Part shown: piece by piece, positions 57,505 through 64,000 of the stretch
Layout of the letters: the number at the start of each line of letters is the position of its first letter
How positions within the stretch are numbered: position 1 is the stretch's first letter
The notes under the pieces: generated by a model
The model's database searches: none
Seen by the model: only the letters and a program-made list of their open reading frames with translations
What the model was told of the DNA's origin: nothing
Assembly (NCBI GenBank): GCA_023416275.1
Contig: JAEZIB010000155.1
Coordinates: forward strand, 7,260-71,259
Length of the DNA: 64,000 bases
Reading direction: 5' to 3'
Origin: Bacillota bacterium
GTDB taxonomy: Bacteria > Bacillota > Clostridia > Acetivibrionales > DSM-1351
Position numbers and translations under genes: made by a program

Positions 57505-58207
57505 ACATAGTATCTTTGTTGTAGAAGATGAAATGCATATACAGCAGCTAATTAAATACAATCTTGAGTCAAACGGCTTCAAGGTTAGTGTTTTTGATAA
57601 CGGTGAAGATTTATTAGCTAATTGCATAGAAAACATTCCAGACTTATTTATTCTGGATATCATGCTGCCAGGTATTGATGGTTTAGAGGTTTGCAGACGA
57701 TTAAGGCAAAATAATTCAACTAATAGTGTTCCTATAATTATGTTAACAGCCAAAAGTGAAGAATTTGATAAAGTACTAGGTTTAGAATTAGGCGCTGATG
57801 ACTATATTACAAAACCCTTTAGTGTTAGAGAATTATTGGCTAGAATAAAAGCTTTATTCAGAAGGGTCAATACTTCTAATGAGCCTAAAACTGATAATAT
57901 TATTACTCATGCAGATATTACAATTAATTGCACAAGAAGAGAAGTTTACAAGGGGGACAAAGTTATAGAAATGCCCCTTAAGGAATTCGAACTTCTAAAA
58001 ATGCTAATGATAAACAAAGGTAAAGTTTTATCCAGAGAGCATCTTCTTGATAAGGTGTGGGGATTTGATTACTACGGAGAAACTAGAACTGTTGATGTAC
58101 ATATTAGATATTTGAGACAGAAAATTGAAGAAAACGATGAAAATCCTACACTTATTGAAACAGTTAGAGGCATAGGCTACCGATTTAATGATAAGCAAAG
58201 CCCATAA
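57497..58207 (+). CDS. phoP: OmpR-family response regulator (PhoP/PhoB type)
   Basis: Receiver domain plus winged-helix domain (VDVHIRYLRQKIE, TVRGIGYRF). The ATG overlaps the phoU stop (AATGTCTAA). Confidence 0.9.
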   Translation: MSKHSIFVVEDEMHIQQLIKYNLESNGFKVSVFDNGEDLLANCIENIPDLFILDIMLPGIDGLEVCRRLRQNNSTNSVPIIMLTAKSEEFDKVLGLELGADDYITKPFSVRELLARIKALFRRVNTSNEPKTDNIITHADITINCTRREVYKGDKVIEMPLKEFELLKMLMINKGKVLSREHLLDKVWGFDYYGETRTVDVHIRYLRQKIEENDENPTLIETVRGIGYRFNDKQSP

Positions 58208-58631
58208 TTGAGTCAGTTATTATCAGCTGAAAATCAATAATATCCTTAGAATAGTTATTACTATTCAGAAGTAACTTGATATAGATATTACTCGATTTAT
58301 CTATATCAAGGTGGTCATACTTGTCAATACTTTGATGCCGATATATTTGCATGATTCAGTAGTGGTTCATATATTCACAAAACTAGATTCAAACAACTAT
58401 TACTTCCCCATATTGCTGACCCAATTTCACATTAATATATATGAACACCTACAATATATAATTGTAAATAGCTGAAAAGTAACCGATAGTTTAGGTTTGA
58501 TGCTAGCCTCCACCAACACTGTTAAAAACCCATTGTAGTTTGTTTCTTAAAAAGAACGAGTATACTAAAAATATAAAGGGGGTTCATGGTTCATATCAGT
58601 AATTATTTATGACTAGTTCTAAATACTTGGT

Positions 58632-60437
58632 ATGAACGTATTAATGAAGAATAAAATTGTAAAATACACAATTTTACTTGTAATCATAGCAATAACTATA
58701 GCAGGTATATTTACGATTGCATTATCCAGATATTTTTATATATATGAAGTCAAAAACAGTTGCGAAAACATAGCTGTTTTGTTATCCTATCAAATTGAAC
58801 AACAAATAGATACAACATCGAGAATCGAGTATAGCAAACTAGCCAATGATTATGCTAAGCTGCTGAATAAAAAGGATTCTAATGTCGGAAGCTTCTCTCT
58901 TGCTTCAAGAATAACAATAATTGACCATAATGGTAAAGTATTGGGTGATTCTGATTCAAATGCCATTGATATGGAAAATCATATAACTAGAAAAGAAGTA
59001 AAAGACGCACTTCAAGGTAAATTAGGCTTTGATGAGCGATTAAGTAAAACACTCAATCTTGACTATATATATGTTGCGTATTTTATAGAGAGCAAGAATA
59101 TAATTGTGAGAGTTGCTGTTCCTGTTAACCAAATAAATTCAATTAATAAGTCATTTTATCTCTATACTATTATAGGCATATTAGTAGGATTATTGCTTAC
59201 ACTGCTTATTTCTCTAAAGGTATCGAGTATTCTTACATCTCCCTTAAATAAGCTTATAAATGTTACAAAAGAAATTGCAAATGGGAACTATAAAAAAAGA
59301 GTGGAAATATACTCTGATGATGAAATTGAAGAATTAGCATATACTTTTAATGAAATGGCAGATAAACTTGACAATACACTATGTGGAATATTAGATAAAA
59401 ATATAAAAATAGACACAATAATTAATAGTATGAGAGACGGAATAATTGCAATTGATACGAACTATAAAATATTGATTATAAATACTAGTGCTTGTGATAT
59501 TTTTGGAGTTAACTATGGTCCTGGAATAATTGGTAAAAACCTTTTAGATATTACTAAAAATTCAAAAATCAATTCATTTTTAGAAGAAACTATTCAGAAT
59601 AATTTGGCTCTCACTGATGAAATTACTATTTTTTCCCCTAGAATGGTTAGTAATTTTATTTACAAGGTTTATACTAATCCAATAAAAAGCGCTGAGATGA
59701 AAGTCCAGAATGTTGGTGGTGTAATTACTCTGCATAATGTAACCTCTGTAAAAAAACTGGAGCAAATACGTACAGAATTTGTTTCTAATGTTACTCATGA
59801 GTTAAAAACTCCATTAACCTCAATTAGAGGCTTTGTTGAAACACTTAAAGATGGTGCTATCGAAGATACCGCAGTAGCTTCAAAGTTCTTAGATATAATA
59901 GATATTGAGGCAGAGCGGCTTTACCACTTAATAAATGACATTCTTCAATTATCTGAAATTGAAAGTATGCGCAATGACGATCAAGTTACACAAAACAGCC
60001 TAAAGCGTATTGTTGATGAAGTTATACAATTATTAGAGCCTTCTGCTATGAAAAAAAGCATAAATCTTCAGGTTAATATTGAGCCAGACGTAGTAATTCC
60101 AGTTAATAAATACAGAATCAAGCAAATGCTGATAAATTTAATTGACAATGCTATTAAGTACAATATTGATAACGGCACTGTCTTTATAAATGCAAATAAA
60201 TTACAAGGCACTACTACAATATCAGTTAAAGATACAGGAATTGGCATTCCCTCTATACATCACTCTAGAATTTTTGAAAGGTTTTACAGAGTTGATAAAG
60301 GCCGTTCAAGAAATATGGGTGGAACTGGCTTAGGACTTTCAATTGTAAAGCATATCGTTCACCTTTATAACGGTGACATCAGCATTATCAGCGAATCGGG
60401 CAAGGGTACGGAATTTATTATAAGGCTTCCCTTGTAA
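58632..60437 (+). CDS. phoR: sensor histidine kinase (PhoR type)
   Basis: Two TM segments, HAMP, PAS, the H-box FVSNVTHELKTPLTSI, and N/G1/G2 boxes. Confidence 0.88.
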   Translation: MNVLMKNKIVKYTILLVIIAITIAGIFTIALSRYFYIYEVKNSCENIAVLLSYQIEQQIDTTSRIEYSKLANDYAKLLNKKDSNVGSFSLASRITIIDHNGKVLGDSDSNAIDMENHITRKEVKDALQGKLGFDERLSKTLNLDYIYVAYFIESKNIIVRVAVPVNQINSINKSFYLYTIIGILVGLLLTLLISLKVSSILTSPLNKLINVTKEIANGNYKKRVEIYSDDEIEELAYTFNEMADKLDNTLCGILDKNIKIDTIINSMRDGIIAIDTNYKILIINTSACDIFGVNYGPGIIGKNLLDITKNSKINSFLEETIQNNLALTDEITIFSPRMVSNFIYKVYTNPIKSAEMKVQNVGGVITLHNVTSVKKLEQIRTEFVSNVTHELKTPLTSIRGFVETLKDGAIEDTAVASKFLDIIDIEAERLYHLINDILQLSEIESMRNDDQVTQNSLKRIVDEVIQLLEPSAMKKSINLQVNIEPDVVIPVNKYRIKQMLINLIDNAIKYNIDNGTVFINANKLQGTTTISVKDTGIGIPSIHHSRIFERFYRVDKGRSRNMGGTGLGLSIVKHIVHLYNGDISIISESGKGTEFIIRLPL

Positions 60438-60556
60438 TACTATTTCGTACAACCTTTATAGCTTAGCTCCACCACCACAAATAGGCTATTTAATATGGAA
60501 TTTCACATTTTAAATTCAAATTAGTCAAAAGAACTTTTGTATAAATATTTATTATA

Positions 60557-60590
60557 TAAAAGCCAGAGGATTTTTTCCTCTGGCTTTTAT
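60557..60590. terminator. bidirectional intrinsic terminator between phoR and the cellobiose phosphorylase gene
   Basis: AAAAGCCAGAGGA-TTTTTT-CCTCTGGCTTTT with A/T runs on both sides. Confidence 0.7.
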
Positions 60591-60655
60591 TGTGAAGTTT
60601 TGTCAAACGTATATATTGTATATTTTTTAGCTTATATACCATGATTACTATGAAA

Positions 60656-63091
60656 TTAACCCATTACAACCTCAACATTGTGTACTTTACCATCATTAAA
60701 TACTGGAATGATGTTACCAGCAATTTCATCGCCATCAACAACAAGTTTTTTAACACCCTTAGAAACATGGTTAGGATTAGTTATAGAAATTTCAAATGTT
60801 GCATTTCTAAACTTTCTGCTTACCTTGTATCCATCCCAATCACTTGGAATACAAGGGTCAATCATTAATCCATTATAATCTGGTTTAATTCCAAGAATAT
60901 TTTGTGATATAACAACAAAATTCCAAGCTGCTGTACCAGTAAGCCATGAGTTCTTTGCTTCTCCAGGTTTTGCAGCATCCTTACCTGCTATCATCTGTGA
61001 GTAAACATAAGGTTCTGTCTTATGAATTTCACTGATTTCCTCTGTATAAGCAGGAGCTATTTTCTTATAATATTCAAAAGCTCTGTCTCCTCTGCCAATT
61101 ACAGTTTCACCTGCTATAATCCATGGATTATTATGACAGAAAATACCTGCATTTTCTTTATATCCTGCTGGATATGTTGATATTTCACCCATATTTATAT
61201 AGTATTTAGTGAAAGCAGGGTTATTTAGTACTAAACCATATGGAGTATCAAGATATTTCTTTGCTGAATCAAGAGCCTTTTCAATATAGCCTTTATCAAC
61301 ACCTATTCCAGCCATTGAGCAGAAGCCTTGTGACTCAATAAATATCTTACCTTCTTCGTTTTCATTACTTCCTATCTTTTGTCCGAAGTCATCATAAGCA
61401 CGAATAAACCATTCTCCATCCCAACCATATTTTAGAACAGCTTCGTTCATTGTATTTACTTCTTCTTGTGCCTTTTTAGCCTCATCAGCTTGACCAGTTA
61501 ATTCACATAATTTAACATATTCTGGACCGTAGAAAACAAACATACCAGCTATGAAAACCGATTCCGCAACTTTTCCATCCTTACTAGTTGTTGTCTGGAA
61601 GGACTCACCAGGAGTATTTGAGAAACAGTTTAAGTTCAAGCAATCGTTCCAGTCTGCTCTTCCAATAAGTGGTAAACCATGTGGTCCTAAATTATTTACA
61701 ACGTGGTAGAATGAACGCTTTAAGTGCTCAAATAATGTTGCCTTATTATTTTCATCATTATCAAAAGGTACCATTTCATCAAGAATACCCATGTCACCAG
61801 TTTCTTTAATATAAGCAACTACACCTGCAATTAACCATAATGGATCATCATTAAAATTTCCACCAATTTCATCATTTCCCTTTTTAGTCAATGGTTGATA
61901 CTGGTGATATGCTCCACCTGTTTCAAACTGAGTTGCAGCAATGTCAAGTATCCTTTCTCTTGCTCTATCAGGTATTTGATGAACAAAGCCTAAAAGATCC
62001 TGGTTTGAATCTCTGAAGCCCATTCCTCTACCGATACCAGTTTCAAAATAGGATGCACTTCTTGACATATTAAAGGTAACCATACACTGATACTGATTCC
62101 AAATGTTAACCATTCTGCAAAGTTTCTCATCCTTATGTTCAAGCTTGTATTGAGTAAAGAGGTTATTCCATGAATTCTGCATCTCGTCAAAAGCAGCCTG
62201 TACAGCAGCTGGATTGCCTTTAGCTTCAATCATTTCATAAGCTTTCTTCTTGTTTATTACTCCCTTGCTTTCCCACTTGTCATCTTCATCATTCTCAACA
62301 TATCCGAGTATAAAGTCAAATTCTTTTTCTTCACCTGGCTTGAGATCAACAGTAATACAGTGAGATGCCATTGGTCCCCATCCATGAGCAATGGTATTTG
62401 TAGGCTCTCCGCTTATTGGCACTTGAGGAGCTTCAAATCCATTATAAAGTCCAACAAAAGTATCTCTATCTGTATCAAATCCTGTTAAATCAGCATTTAC
62501 AGAATAGAAAGCAAAGTGATTTCTTCTTTCTTTGTACTCAGTTTTATGATAAATAACTGACTTTTCAACTTCAACTTCACCAGTGCTCAAGTTTCTTTGA
62601 TAGTTTGTTTGATCATCCTGTGCATTCCACAAACAGAACTCAATACATGAGAATAACTTTAAGCTCTTATTTTCACCTGTAGTATTCTTAACTCTCACTC
62701 TATGTATTTCACCATTAAAATTCAAAGGAACGAAAAACAATACTTCTGAGCTTATACCATTTTTACTTCCTGTTATTTTTGTATAACCCATACCATGTCT
62801 GCACTCATAGCTATCCAACTCTGCTTTAACTGGTGACCAGCCTGGTGACCACAAAGTACCATTATCATTAATATAGAAGTATCTTCCTCCCATATCAATT
62901 GGAACATTGTTATACCTATATCTTGTTATTCTGCGTAAACGCGCGTCCTTATAAAAACAATATCCTCCTGCAGTATTAGAAATCAATGAGAAAAACTCCT
63001 GAGTACCTAAATAATTTATCCAAGGATAAGGCGTTTTGGGAGTAGTGATTACATATTCTTTGTTTTGATCATCAAAAAATCCGTATTTCAT
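60656..63091 (-). CDS. cbp: cellobiose phosphorylase (GH94)
   Basis: 811 aa. The N-terminus [26 protein letters not shown] and its length match cellobiose (not cellodextrin) phosphorylases of cellulolytic clostridia. Confidence 0.92.
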   Translation of the reverse strand: MKYGFFDDQNKEYVITTPKTPYPWINYLGTQEFFSLISNTAGGYCFYKDARLRRITRYRYNNVPIDMGGRYFYINDNGTLWSPGWSPVKAELDSYECRHGMGYTKITGSKNGISSEVLFFVPLNFNGEIHRVRVKNTTGENKSLKLFSCIEFCLWNAQDDQTNYQRNLSTGEVEVEKSVIYHKTEYKERRNHFAFYSVNADLTGFDTDRDTFVGLYNGFEAPQVPISGEPTNTIAHGWGPMASHCITVDLKPGEEKEFDFILGYVENDEDDKWESKGVINKKKAYEMIEAKGNPAAVQAAFDEMQNSWNNLFTQYKLEHKDEKLCRMVNIWNQYQCMVTFNMSRSASYFETGIGRGMGFRDSNQDLLGFVHQIPDRARERILDIAATQFETGGAYHQYQPLTKKGNDEIGGNFNDDPLWLIAGVVAYIKETGDMGILDEMVPFDNDENNKATLFEHLKRSFYHVVNNLGPHGLPLIGRADWNDCLNLNCFSNTPGESFQTTTSKDGKVAESVFIAGMFVFYGPEYVKLCELTGQADEAKKAQEEVNTMNEAVLKYGWDGEWFIRAYDDFGQKIGSNENEEGKIFIESQGFCSMAGIGVDKGYIEKALDSAKKYLDTPYGLVLNNPAFTKYYINMGEISTYPAGYKENAGIFCHNNPWIIAGETVIGRGDRAFEYYKKIAPAYTEEISEIHKTEPYVYSQMIAGKDAAKPGEAKNSWLTGTAAWNFVVISQNILGIKPDYNGLMIDPCIPSDWDGYKVSRKFRNATFEISITNPNHVSKGVKKLVVDGDEIAGNIIPVFNDGKVHNVEVVMG

Positions 63092-63143
63092 GTTTTTATC
63101 TCCTCTTAATTATTTTAATAATTTATAATGTCAACAAAGAATT

Positions 63144-64000
63144 TTACTTCTTTGTACATGTCTCTCTAATAACCATTTTCGTATTATAACTATAGCTTTT
63201 AAAACCTTTTCTAGTCTTTCTAATATTATAAATGAGTTCCTCTACTGTTTTTTCAACTATATTAAAAATTGGTGTTTCTATTGTTGTTAGTGCTGGCTTT
63301 ATTAACGATGCGAGAGTAATATTATCAAAACCTATTATTGATATATCTTCAGGAACTCTAATATTATTATCTTTGAATAACTCTAATGCCTCAATTGCCA
63401 TATCGTCATTTGATGAAAAAAATGCTGATGGTAACTTTCCATTATTAATTAACATTTGTACGGCACTACTTGTTTTAGACTTAATAAAGTCACCCTGCAG
63501 AATAAATTCATCTCTAATTTCTAAATTGTGCTTTTTCATTGTATCTATAAAAGCTTTATATCTCTGTCTACCTGAATATGTAGATAGTCTACCTGCTAAT
63601 AACCCTATCTCTTTATGGCCCAACTCAATAAGATATTCAACAGCTTCCACAGCTCCTTCATAATCCTTTGAGCCTACTACTATTAAGTTTTCATTTTCAT
63701 ATTTATTCATTACTATTTCTTCGGCATCATAATCTATCAATGCTATAGGACAGCCCTTTTGTGAAATCTTAATGAGAGCTTCTGCCTCTCTTTCAGTTCC
63801 TAATACTATACCGCCATCAATTCTCTTTTGCAAAAATATCTCACTAACACGCCTATAATCATTTTCACAGTATATTATATTTATTAAAACATAATAGCCC
63901 CTAGAATTAGCACAATCAACAACTGCATTAGTAAATTGGTTAAAATAATCATTTTTGTATAGCCTATTTGGATTCTCAGCATCAGCTATACTTACTATAA
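63144..64000 (-). CDS. LacI-family transcriptional regulator (3' part; the frame stays open to the window end)
   Basis: Periplasmic-binding-fold effector domain. I traced the frame upstream of the track start (TTG 63833) and found no stop up to 64000 (...IVSIADAENPNRLYKNDYFNQFTNAVVDCANSRGYYVLI...). Confidence 0.85.
   Translation of the reverse strand, partial: IVSIADAENPNRLYKNDYFNQFTNAVVDCANSRGYYVLINIIYCENDYRRVSEIFLQKRIDGGIVLGTEREAEALIKISQKGCPIALIDYDAEEIVMNKYENENLIVVGSKDYEGAVEAVEYLIELGHKEIGLLAGRLSTYSGRQRYKAFIDTMKKHNLEIRDEFILQGDFIKSKTSSAVQMLINNGKLPSAFFSSNDDMAIEALELFKDNNIRVPEDISIIGFDNITLASLIKPALTTIETPIFNIVEKTVEELIYNIRKTRKGFKSYSYNTKMVIRETCTKK

Overview
A low-GC chromosome segment from a spore-forming, flagellated Firmicute. 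It looks Clostridia-like, and a GH94 cellobiose phosphorylase hints at a cellulolytic lifestyle. Most of the window is core genome. In order it carries fliH'-fliG-fliF-fliE-flgC-flgB, trmFO, topA, dprA and comM. Then come nrdR, the sporulation/division block sigG-sigE-spoIIGA-ftsZ-ftsA-sbp-ftsQ, and murT-gatD. These are followed by a T-box-controlled DAHP synthase, slt-coaE-polA and an ECF sigma/anti-sigma pair. Next are two Coat-F genes, T-box tyrS, two trkA paralogs, a CaCA exchanger, corA, rpsU, argJ and cheW. The window ends with a Pho regulon block (pstC-pstA divergent from pstB-phoU-phoP-phoR), cellobiose phosphorylase and a LacI regulator. I found no CRISPR array, transposase, integrase or recognisable defence operon. 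Four things stand out. (1) murA is cut exactly at its catalytic-Cys codon into two collinear halves 11.8 kb apart. The intervening segment has short inverted ends and a direct duplication but carries only housekeeping genes. (2) There are three families of small interspersed repeats. Family A is an intercistronic composite of palindromic units, a terminator-like hairpin and a hairpin+SD module pasted in front of unrelated genes. Families B and C are MITE-like elements with terminal inverted repeats. (3) Two small accessory-looking inserts are present: a patatin-like phospholipase between dprA and topA, and an orphan secreted protein with gene remnants beside an unusual tRNA-Val. (4) Several regulatory oddities occur in the aroF leader, upstream of argJ, in the corA leader and in the pst layout. 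All calls rest on reading the sequence and on family knowledge. No searches were run.
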